Origin: a bacterium
GTDB lineage: Bacteria; Patescibacteriota; Microgenomatia; Levybacterales; UBA12049
Direction: 5' to 3'
DNA: 64,000 bases
NCBI GenBank assembly: GCA_021813145.1
Contig: JAKALS010000004.1
Location: 72,594-136,593, forward strand
Part shown: positions 42,460 to 50,569 of the stretch, piece after piece
Layout of the letters: each line of letters opens with the position of its first letter
Position numbering within the stretch: position 1 is the stretch's first letter
Notes under the pieces: model-generated
The model's input: only the letters and a program-made list of their open reading frames with translations
Database searches by the model: none
What the model was told of the DNA's origin: nothing
Position numbers and translations under genes: made by a program

Positions 42460-42555
42460 TTGGGCGCATTTTACTACTAGGAAGTTATGTTTGTCAAAAA
42501 ACTACGAGACTTGTAAATTATTCTATTTTGAGTATAATACTATCGGACAATTTAT

Positions 42556-44001
42556 ATGAGCCTAGAAAGAGAAGGGGGGAGGACGCTATTAATTAATCCT
42601 CCCTATACGGATTATTTTGATTCCGATCATTTTAAGCTTTCAAGACCTGATAGAAATTTATCTGGAGTTAATCTTCCTTTGGGAATAGGTTATATTGCTT
42701 CTTTCCTTCAAGAACGCGGAATTGAAGTTGACGGGCTAGATATGGAAGTGACTCAATCGTCACTTTCTGAAATAGCAGATAGAGTAAATAGAGAGGGAAT
42801 AAGATTTGTCGGTATTACTTCCGTAAGCAGTATTATAGATAAAGCTATCAGAATAGGAACTTATCTAAAAAAAAATACGGATGCCTATGTAGTCTTAGGT
42901 GGGGTTCATGCGACTGCAGAGCCTCAGGAAACAGCGTCTTTGGAAAGTTTTGATGCTGTAGCTGTCGGAGAAGGTGAGTTAACAATGCTTGATTTGGTGA
43001 CGGGATTACCTCCCGAGCAGGTAAGAGGGCTCTTATATAGAAAAAGTGGAGATGTAAAAATAAATCCGCCTCAACCAATTATTGAAGACTTAGATTCGCT
43101 GCCTCCTCCGGCGATAAACTTATTCCCTTTTGATCAATATAGGCCAAGCTTACATAGAGATTTGGATCCATCAATAGATCAGCCTTATTATACAGTAATT
43201 TCGTCTAGGGGATGTCCATACAGTTGTAGGTTTTGCTACTCCAAGGGAGTTTTTTCGTATAGAGTAAGAGATAGAAGTATAGGTAATGTAGTGGATGAAA
43301 TCGAGTCTTTCGCAAGAGAAAGAGGAAGAACTAAGGTAATGTTCTATGATGATACGTTTTCCTATGATAGGGCAAGAACTTTAGAGTTTTGCAATGAGGT
43401 AGGCCAAAGAAATCTAGATATTGTTTGGGGATGTAACACGAGGGTGGATAGAGTAACGCCGGAGATTTTAGCGGAAATGAGGAAAAGAGGATTAAAAAGA
43501 GTTTATGTTGGCGTAGAATCAGGCAATGATGCAATTTTAAAGCAGATGATGAAGGGGCTCACGAAAGATAAGGTTAGAAAGGGATTAGCAATTATGGCGG
43601 ATTCGGGTGTTGAAGTATCTGCTAGTTATATCATTGGAGTTCCGGGAGAAACAAGGAAGACTATTGAAGAAACGATAGCCTTTGCTATTGAAAATAATAC
43701 TGACTATGCTCATTTTTATACATTTACGCCTGACCCCGGATCTCCATATTACGTAGATTTGAAGTCGAGAGGAATCATAAAACCTTATGACTGGCTTAGC
43801 TACGGTCAAATGATTAGAAAAGGCACAGAGGCATTAGGCGAGAGAATTGATTGGGCAGAGCTACTCGAGTATACTAGAGAGGCGTATAGGAGATATTACT
43901 CTAGACCTGAATATCGTAGAATGAGAGAAAGGAAATTAAAAACTCCCTTGGAGCATTATCAAATGGAACTTTTAATAAATGAATATTCTGGAAATTTATA
44001 A
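42556..44001 (+). CDS. cobalamin-binding radical SAM enzyme
   Basis: PLGIGYIAS, VLGGVHAT, GEGE, SRGCPYSCRFC (CxxxCxxC), GVESG. Confidence 0.92.
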   Translation: MSLEREGGRTLLINPPYTDYFDSDHFKLSRPDRNLSGVNLPLGIGYIASFLQERGIEVDGLDMEVTQSSLSEIADRVNREGIRFVGITSVSSIIDKAIRIGTYLKKNTDAYVVLGGVHATAEPQETASLESFDAVAVGEGELTMLDLVTGLPPEQVRGLLYRKSGDVKINPPQPIIEDLDSLPPPAINLFPFDQYRPSLHRDLDPSIDQPYYTVISSRGCPYSCRFCYSKGVFSYRVRDRSIGNVVDEIESFARERGRTKVMFYDDTFSYDRARTLEFCNEVGQRNLDIVWGCNTRVDRVTPEILAEMRKRGLKRVYVGVESGNDAILKQMMKGLTKDKVRKGLAIMADSGVEVSASYIIGVPGETRKTIEETIAFAIENNTDYAHFYTFTPDPGSPYYVDLKSRGIIKPYDWLSYGQMIRKGTEALGERIDWAELLEYTREAYRRYYSRPEYRRMRERKLKTPLEHYQMELLINEYSGNL

Positions 44002-44008
44002 TTAGAGT

Positions 44009-44452
44009 ATGGCTGAGCGAGAACCCGTAGAAAAACAGATTACTGTATTTGTAGGGTGCGTAGTGAAAAATGGATACGTATTGTTGGTTCAAAGAGCCGA
44101 GGAGGAATGTCCTGAAGCTCACATGAAATGGGAATTGCCTGGAGGTAAAGTGGATTTCAACGAGACACCGCAGGAATCGGTAGAGAGAGAATTTTTTGAG
44201 GAGACAGGGGTTAGGATAAAAGCTAGGAGTTTACTTCCCCGCGTTCAAGTTAGCTATTGGCAATATCCCTGGGGTAGGCAGCAGACGCTCGTTTTTTGTT
44301 TTACGTGTGATTTTGTTAATAGTAGTCCTTTCTTAGGTGATCATCACGTAGAGAAAATAGCATGGACACCAGTCAATGAAGTTAATAGATTACAAACAAT
44401 TCCGGGAACTAAGGAGTTTATTGAATTATCCCTACAACATTTAAGTTTATAA
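44009..44452 (+). CDS. Nudix hydrolase (MutT-like)
   Basis: Nudix box GGKVDFNETPQESVEREFFEETG. Confidence 0.92.
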   Translation: MAEREPVEKQITVFVGCVVKNGYVLLVQRAEEECPEAHMKWELPGGKVDFNETPQESVEREFFEETGVRIKARSLLPRVQVSYWQYPWGRQQTLVFCFTCDFVNSSPFLGDHHVEKIAWTPVNEVNRLQTIPGTKEFIELSLQHLSL

Positions 44453-45031
44453 TTTTTCTCTGTGCGTATAGTTGCCTTCTAACATTGTCGTAAATAATAT
44501 TTTGTCTAGTTTTGGAGTTAGGGAAGTAAGTCCATCATTTTCAATGACTGCATCTGCTAATTCTAAGCACCTTTCTGCCTGAACCCTGCTTCCATCTGTC
44601 TCCTCAAGGTTAATTAAATTTGTAAACTCTTGCCAAGTCGTCGGATCTCCTGGTCTTCCTCTTTCTTTTAACATCCTGAATCTAATCTCCGGAGGCATGC
44701 TTAATCCTAATATAAACGCACCCAACTCAGTTTTTAAAAATCTAACTTCTCCTGGGCTCCTAACACTATCTATTACCACTTTTTGAGTTCCTGAAGACTC
44801 AATCCAAATTTTTGCTCTTCTAGCCAAAATATCATCACCAAATTTTTCCCTGAGCGCACTACTTATTCCAAAAAGTGTTTTTCTATTATCGTCTAGCGCC
44901 AGGATGGTCGCAACGTCTCTCAAAGTTTGCGATAATGAATAATAGACAAAGCCTCTTCTTTGTAGATCTGAAGCGATAGTACTTTTGCCAGAAGCCGGGC
45001 TCCCGACAAGGCCGATAGCAAGAGTTTTCAT
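44447..45031 (-). CDS. P-loop nucleoside-monophosphate kinase-like protein (archaeal dephospho-CoA/dNMP kinase-like)
   Basis: GSPASGKS, LREKFG, IDSVRSPGEV, ADAVIEND. Confidence 0.78.
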   Translation of the reverse strand: MKTLAIGLVGSPASGKSTIASDLQRRGFVYYSLSQTLRDVATILALDDNRKTLFGISSALREKFGDDILARRAKIWIESSGTQKVVIDSVRSPGEVRFLKTELGAFILGLSMPPEIRFRMLKERGRPGDPTTWQEFTNLINLEETDGSRVQAERCLELADAVIENDGLTSLTPKLDKILFTTMLEGNYTHREKL

Positions 45032-45088
45032 TTGTACGAGATTATAGCAGAAGAACCCTCTCCTTACAAATAATATAGGATAAATATT

Positions 45089-45262
45089 TTGGGATATCTC
45101 AAAGAACCCGGTAACTATCTGGTTATTGTTATATTTCGGGGATTTATTTCGGATAATGTTTATCAACCCAGGGTGGATACCCAGCCCATGGCTTCGGTTC
45201 TTGTAAAAAACGGATATATAACTCTTGCACCCGATTTTTGGACTACGGGCAGTCTTCCAAAG
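45089..45262 (+). pseudogene. fragment of an alpha/beta-hydrolase (S9/DLH-like)
   Basis: PGNYLVIVIFRGF...LVKNGYITLAPDF, then frameshift to (L)DYGQS; no intact start or catalytic half. Confidence 0.6.
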
Positions 45263-45565
45263 ACCATATAAGCCAAGCCCGCTGCCTCCTCAGTTCGATA
45301 TTTGCTTCCGGGTTCAGTTGGGGTATCCGGGCTGTTCGAACTATACGATTAGCCCGTTATATCAAAAAATTCGTAATGCTGACAAGCAGGATGTTGATGA
45401 CAGCTGAGCATCTCGGTCTAGACCCGTTTAGTCGTTATAACTGATTGTATCACTTCGAGGCTAAATGAGACAAATGAGACAGTATAAAAAGGGATGTCTC
45501 AATGATGATATAGTTTGATATATTCATTCTTTGGGTCTGCTTTGTCTTGATGATATAATGCTTTT

Positions 45566-46054
45566 GTGGAAGTCAATGCTACGACAGAGAAAATAATTAA
45601 ATTATTAAAAGATAATAAGATTTGGTTCGAAATGCATGAGCATGCCCCAGTCAGAACCTCTGAAGAGGCAGCCAAATTAAGAATCGGATATACTCTACAT
45701 CAGGGCGCAAAAGCTTTAATTCTTCACATCGATGATGGTCAAAAAAAGCGGTTTTTAATGTGCGTTTTGCCTGCCGATAAAAAGATCGACAACAATAGAT
45801 TAAGGCAGATTTTACAAACTAAAGACATTCGTTTCGCAACCATCGATGAAGTAGAAATAGTCACAAATGGAGTAAAAATCGGAGGCGTTCCTCCATTTGG
45901 GAATTTATTTACTGTAGAAACTATTGTAGATAACGAACTGCTTACTAACGAGACCATAGTTTTCAATGCAGGAGATAGAAGAATCACTATTGCGATGAAA
46001 GCTAAGGACTACATTTTTCTTACAAAACCTAGGCTGGAGTCTTTCTGCAAATAG
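45566..46054 (+). CDS. YbaK/ProX aminoacyl-tRNA trans-editing domain
   Basis: H..VRTSEEAA, GAKALI, RFAT, GGVPPFG, FNAG. Confidence 0.9.
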   Translation: MEVNATTEKIIKLLKDNKIWFEMHEHAPVRTSEEAAKLRIGYTLHQGAKALILHIDDGQKKRFLMCVLPADKKIDNNRLRQILQTKDIRFATIDEVEIVTNGVKIGGVPPFGNLFTVETIVDNELLTNETIVFNAGDRRITIAMKAKDYIFLTKPRLESFCK

Positions 46055-46069
46055 TTTTGGTTTTGAAGA

Positions 46070-46771
46070 TTAGGTTTTTCTGCTGTAGTATCTTTCTAGT
46101 AATGCTAAGGATAAGATCTCAACAGAATTATAGACTGGAAGCGAATATTCAATTGGAAATACTAAAGGTAATTCTGTGCAAGCAAGCACTATAGCCTCCG
46201 CGCCCTCTGACTTTAATATATCAGCTATTCTTTTTAGGTTATTCATATCTTCACCGGTTGAGGACTCAGAAATAACATTTCTTATTGCCTGTTCTATTAT
46301 TGGAAACTCTTTTTCATCAGGTACTATTACATTTACTTCTTTTTTCTCAAGAGCCTTTTGATAAATAGATGAATTAAGAGTTGATGGGGTGCCTAGTAAC
46401 CCAACTTTCTTAATATTATCTTTTTCAATTTGAGTTACAACCTCATCAACGATAGAAACGAATGGAAAATTAGATATAGATTGTAAATCCTGAAGCATTA
46501 TGTGAGCAGTATTGCAAGCAATTGCGCCACATAGAACATTCAGCTTATTCAGTTCTAAAACTTTTTGTTTCAATATCTCAAGCGCTTCTTTTTCTTTCGT
46601 AGAAGAAGATATGAAATCAGGAACAGGAACAGAATACAAGACAATTTGCGGAAAGTCCTCATTATTTACCGCATGGAATTGTTTGACTGCATTATTAATC
46701 AGCGCCGAGTATAAATACGCAGACGCTTCTGGTCCCATTCCTCCTATAATTGCTATTGGTTTATTTTTCAT
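46070..46771 (-). CDS. PLP-independent aspartate/amino-acid racemase (RacX/YgeA-like)
   Basis: IIGGMGPEAS, IACNTAH, LACTELP; true start 46771 because the upstream ORF extension is the T-box leader. Confidence 0.9.
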   Translation of the reverse strand: MKNKPIAIIGGMGPEASAYLYSALINNAVKQFHAVNNEDFPQIVLYSVPVPDFISSSTKEKEALEILKQKVLELNKLNVLCGAIACNTAHIMLQDLQSISNFPFVSIVDEVVTQIEKDNIKKVGLLGTPSTLNSSIYQKALEKKEVNVIVPDEKEFPIIEQAIRNVISESSTGEDMNNLKRIADILKSEGAEAIVLACTELPLVFPIEYSLPVYNSVEILSLALLERYYSRKT

Positions 46772-46781
46772 ATTAGTCAAC

Positions 46782-46975
46782 AAAAAACCCTTGCAAATTC
46801 TCAAGATGAAATTCTCAAAAACTTGCAAGGGTCCTGCAAAAGGACTGTGCCACCTTGCTTTGGTCTTATTCATGACGCGCTCCGTTACCGACACACGTTG
46901 CTGACTTTTACGGTTTCGCCTCCGTGACTGATTAAGTCCTGCTCCCCGATCCCAACCATATCGGATCAACGCATT
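46782..46975 (-). ncRNA. T-box riboswitch (ultrashort stem I, UGG/Trp specifier, intrinsic terminator)
   Basis: stem I UGC-GUU-GA-UCCGAU-[AUGGUUGGG]-AUCGGG-GA-GCA; antiterminator CAAGG-UGGCACA-GUCC...GGAC-CCUUG; terminator CCCUUGCAAG...UUUGCAAGGG-UUUUUU. Confidence 0.82.
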
Positions 46976-46989
46976 TACTTTCTAAGCGT

Positions 46990-47018
46990 AGGATACCACA
47001 AAACAGAAATTACGTCAA
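46990..47018 (-). promoter_or_regulatory. sigma70 promoter of the T-box leader
   Basis: TTGACG-17 nt-TATCCT with extended TG. Confidence 0.7.
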
Positions 47019-47506
47019 GCAGCTTGGGATGATTCAGGCACAGTCCATTCCTTTAGATCAGTCTCAAATTCTCTTACCAGATTAACTCCTTTTTTGACTG
47101 CATTTGTGCTGTTTGGTAAAGAACTTTCTCCCTGTCCAGTGTATTCAATTAATGCATCTGGGTATCCATGCGTAATTATAGTTGTATCCACATGTACCTT
47201 TCGACCATCTCCCATTAACTCCAACTGTTGCCCTTCCCATATTGGCATAAAATTAATTTCATATAAATGACCGTTGCCGGCGATTATTGGAAAGCTGCTC
47301 CTATTTCCTAAAACAAGCAAGCTTCCATATGTGTCGCTTTGAAGAAATCCGGGAGTTCTAATTAAAGCAGCAATTACAGTATCGATTATGCGACAAGCAT
47401 TATCTAATCTTTCTGATTGAATTAGTTGTCTATTTTCTGTCCCTAGCCATGCATCAAATGCTATAGCGCTTATTTGCTGCTGTACTGCTTCTCTATTTAA
47501 ACTCAT
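47015..47506 (-). CDS. hypothetical protein
   Basis: 4 nt downstream of the trpS-like gene; no recognised motif. Confidence 0.7.
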   Translation of the reverse strand: MSLNREAVQQQISAIAFDAWLGTENRQLIQSERLDNACRIIDTVIAALIRTPGFLQSDTYGSLLVLGNRSSFPIIAGNGHLYEINFMPIWEGQQLELMGDGRKVHVDTTIITHGYPDALIEYTGQGESSLPNSTNAVKKGVNLVREFETDLKEWTVPESSQAA

Positions 47507-47510
47507 ACGC

Positions 47511-48680
47511 CTATTTTACCTTAAGAGGTGATCGGATTGGAGTATCAAATATAAATTCCGGTGTTCTTGCTTTTGCCTCTGGCAATTTACCTTGATGATC
47601 AGCGAGATACACCAAGACTTCATCGACTGCTTGAGCCTTACATTCTCCGCACAAAATCTCACCACTACTACATTGCTCAGCAAGCCTGCTATTATCAAAG
47701 TGGTATGTTCTTAATTGATATATAGGACAGATTTCGGGAACTCCTCCATGCTCCCTTTGGAAACTGCCCAAAACACTGCCCCCTGTGTAAGCTGACATAA
47801 TTTTCTTTTTTGCAGTTTTGGGATCATCTGTTAAGAATACCGCGCCTTCTGGTCTGGATGCGGACATTTTTCCTTTTCCATCCAAACCTGCTCCAAATTT
47901 TGTGAATGTTGCTGCAGGCGGAGTAAATCCCTTTTTGCGGGCTGCATCCCTTGCCAATAATATGTACGGATACTGATCAACTCCTACCGGAATTACCGTT
48001 GGTTTTGGCCCCCCAAGTTCTTCATATTGAGGTAAGAGAATTTGTGCTAGTTGAACTGCTCCTCGATAGAAAACCGTACCAGAGTTTTCACCTTCCTCAT
48101 CTTTACCGAATCCAAAAACTCCGAAAATTTTATTTAGGCTTGTGTGTTTTGCGATATCCATAGCGGCATTGTAAAGGTCCGGATAGTCAGAATCTACGAA
48201 TATGTGTGTTTTATCTGGAGAAAAACCCATAGCTATAATGCTTGGAATTACAGATTCGTAAGCAGTTCTTCTAGCCTCACCTAGACTACTAGCTTTACCA
48301 ACAAGATAACTCTCGTCGTTTGTTATGGGAATATATACATCCGCTCCTTGTCTTTGCATCCATAATAATTCGTCGAAGACTTGTTTGTGCCCAAAATGTA
48401 ATGGGCCTGAAGGGTTAAGCCCTGAAACCACAGCCCATGGCTCTCCATTGGCCATTGCGCCAACTACGCTTTCTAAATCTCTATGAGCGAAGGTAACTCC
48501 TAATTCCATTAGTCGACTTGGATCAGGATGATATAACCTAAATCTATCAATAGGTTTTAAATCTAGCTCAGCCATTTTTTGAGGATAATAAGCTAACTCC
48601 TCATCTCGCTTTGCTAATTTAGCTTGATGATCTTGTCTTGAAATTTCTTCTAGTTGTGTTTGTCGTTCAGGTCCTAGCAT
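47511..48680 (-). CDS. trpS: tryptophanyl-tRNA synthetase-like protein, archaeal type
   Basis: SGLNPSGPLHFGH (HIGH), PVGVDQ, KMSAS, AYTGG, C-x18-C-x6-C-x2-C. Confidence 0.8.
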   Translation of the reverse strand: MLGPERQTQLEEISRQDHQAKLAKRDEELAYYPQKMAELDLKPIDRFRLYHPDPSRLMELGVTFAHRDLESVVGAMANGEPWAVVSGLNPSGPLHFGHKQVFDELLWMQRQGADVYIPITNDESYLVGKASSLGEARRTAYESVIPSIIAMGFSPDKTHIFVDSDYPDLYNAAMDIAKHTSLNKIFGVFGFGKDEEGENSGTVFYRGAVQLAQILLPQYEELGGPKPTVIPVGVDQYPYILLARDAARKKGFTPPAATFTKFGAGLDGKGKMSASRPEGAVFLTDDPKTAKKKIMSAYTGGSVLGSFQREHGGVPEICPIYQLRTYHFDNSRLAEQCSSGEILCGECKAQAVDEVLVYLADHQGKLPEAKARTPEFIFDTPIRSPLKVK

Positions 48681-48681
48681 A

Positions 48682-49461
48682 TTATTTAACGGGATATGAA
48701 TTAACTAATGTTCTTAAAAACATTACGGTTTCGTCTATCGCCCTTGGATTGACATTAGTAATGTCATCATCTTTAGTTTGCATTCTGTGCCAAGCTCCTT
48801 CGTGGTAACGCGCTATTACTGCTGCTGCTAAACCCTCTTCTAGAAAGGCTAGATTGTCAGCATTTGGACTATGGTCCCTAAGCTCAACAGGTACTCCTAC
48901 TTTCTTCCCGTGCTCAATGAGAAGCTTATTTAGTTCAGCTGTGTTATCAAGTCTTCTTCCAGTTGTTTGGAAAACCGACATATTTCCTTTTCCAACTGCT
49001 TGAATTGTAATCGCCCCATCGTAAGTATCGATAAATTCCGTTTCATCTGTTATTAAATGTTGTACAAATAGTTTTGACCCTGGAACAAAATCAGGATTTC
49101 TTCGTTGTCTAGTAGCTAAATCCGGATCTAATCCAGCATCAAAATACACCAACCTGATATTAACCGGCAATTTTGCCTTCTGTAAGTGTTCGCTCAACTT
49201 TAATAGCGTGACTACGCTGCTTCCATTGTTGTTGGCGCTTGGTAATGTACCAAAAGTATCGTAATTCGCAGTTACCCAAAGATCATGCGGTTTGTCGTAA
49301 TCAAAAGCAACTACAAGATGTCTGTCAACCCCGCGGGGAGATGTAATTTCGTAAACACGAGGAATTATGCCAAGCTTTCTAGTCTCTTCATCCAAATAAT
49401 TTGCCCGGCCTTCGGTGCCTTGCCCCATTAAACTTTTTAAACTCTTATAGGTTTCTATCAT
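48682..49461 (-). CDS. M28 peptidase-fold protein with its Zn ligands replaced
   Basis: VTANYDT, SANNNGSSV, FDAGL, TIQAVG, ADNLAF, MQTKDD align with M28 AHYD/ANDNASG/FDAEE/NLDM/SDH..F/YHT..D. Confidence 0.7.
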   Translation of the reverse strand: MIETYKSLKSLMGQGTEGRANYLDEETRKLGIIPRVYEITSPRGVDRHLVVAFDYDKPHDLWVTANYDTFGTLPSANNNGSSVVTLLKLSEHLQKAKLPVNIRLVYFDAGLDPDLATRQRRNPDFVPGSKLFVQHLITDETEFIDTYDGAITIQAVGKGNMSVFQTTGRRLDNTAELNKLLIEHGKKVGVPVELRDHSPNADNLAFLEEGLAAAVIARYHEGAWHRMQTKDDDITNVNPRAIDETVMFLRTLVNSYPVK

Positions 49462-49463
49462 AT

Positions 49464-50474
49464 TTAAAATCTTGACAGTACGTAAGTTTCCACATCTCTT
49501 CCAACTCTTTCTTTTAAGACATTTGGCGAAATTTGTCCATCATAAAACTCATCAGCTAGTGTTATTGGAGAATCAACGCCTTCCAATCTTCTTTTTGCCA
49601 TTTCGCAAATAATTCCGATATCTAAGGTTGGATTGGGAACCGCGGGGTTAGTAGAAATGAATGAAGCACTTATTAATTCTCTAACATAATCAGGGTCTGA
49701 TCTTTCGATTACTATTCTATTTCTTTGCAAACGTTTGCTTCCTGTTTTATATGCAGTAATCCCATGATCTTCAATGCCCTCATTGGCAAAGAAATATGAC
49801 CAATTCATTCCTAGCGGAAAAGTTGGGGTTAGAAAAAGAGACATTAAGCCTTTTTGCCCACTTCTTTCAGCAACTCTTCTGGCGACATCGTCATACAGAT
49901 CTTCTCTTGGTGGCCCAACTTTTATGTCAAGCCCCAAGATTGTGGCGATTTCGTCAAAAGAATACATGAATCCTTTTACTCTTTCAATTTCTACTTTCGA
50001 TTCAGGAACTGTTTTCTCTACTGCCGCCATAAGTTCTGGATCTGCATTGCAGGTTTGCATAACCCTGTCTCTTTCGGCAACAAATTCTGGTGAATCTATA
50101 TATTCACTCATTCTTACAACTCTCAGTCCCGTATTGTATACGTCATTAACTTTACTTACGAATTTTGCTCTTTGATCGCCAAGAAGCATATAATAATCCT
50201 GATGTTCCTGTCCAACATTTCTACAAGCTGCGGTGTCTGCAACTAAAATTGAAGGATCAACGTTAGAACCCTCCTGTTTTAAGGCTTCTGCAAGATACGA
50301 AACGAACAAGTAATATTTAAGACTATCGATCGGATGACCTTTATCATCATATGTCTCTCCGTAGAAAAGTCTCATAGGCTCAGGAGCAATGCTGCCCGCT
50401 CTACTCCTTATGTCTTCTGCTGAAGGAGCTTGCGAAACTAAACCACGTGTCGATAGTAATCTTTCAATATTCAT
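49464..50474 (-). CDS. degenerate class Ic aaRS / cyclodipeptide-synthase-like Rossmann protein
   Basis: FYGET, ILVAD, YSFDEIA (YxxxE), DIKVGPPRE, RIVIERSDPDYVRELI; no HIGH or KMSKS. Confidence 0.55.
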   Translation of the reverse strand: MNIERLLSTRGLVSQAPSAEDIRSRAGSIAPEPMRLFYGETYDDKGHPIDSLKYYLFVSYLAEALKQEGSNVDPSILVADTAACRNVGQEHQDYYMLLGDQRAKFVSKVNDVYNTGLRVVRMSEYIDSPEFVAERDRVMQTCNADPELMAAVEKTVPESKVEIERVKGFMYSFDEIATILGLDIKVGPPREDLYDDVARRVAERSGQKGLMSLFLTPTFPLGMNWSYFFANEGIEDHGITAYKTGSKRLQRNRIVIERSDPDYVRELISASFISTNPAVPNPTLDIGIICEMAKRRLEGVDSPITLADEFYDGQISPNVLKERVGRDVETYVLSRF

Positions 50475-50569
50475 ATCCTTTACTATAGGGACGTAATTAT
50501 ACTCCCAACTCTAGTTAATTTCAACCCATCTAGATTGAAAATAAAGATATTAAGCAGTATAATTCTGCC

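Noticed and set aside
45032-45166. N-terminal extension of the kinase-like ORF
   Set aside because: The P-loop domain starts at ATG 45031 with its own TATAAT; the extension is antisense to the hydrolase remnant
46772-46969. 66-aa N-terminal extension of the racemase in the ORF track
   Set aside because: It overlaps the T-box leader and terminator; racemase homology begins at ATG 46771
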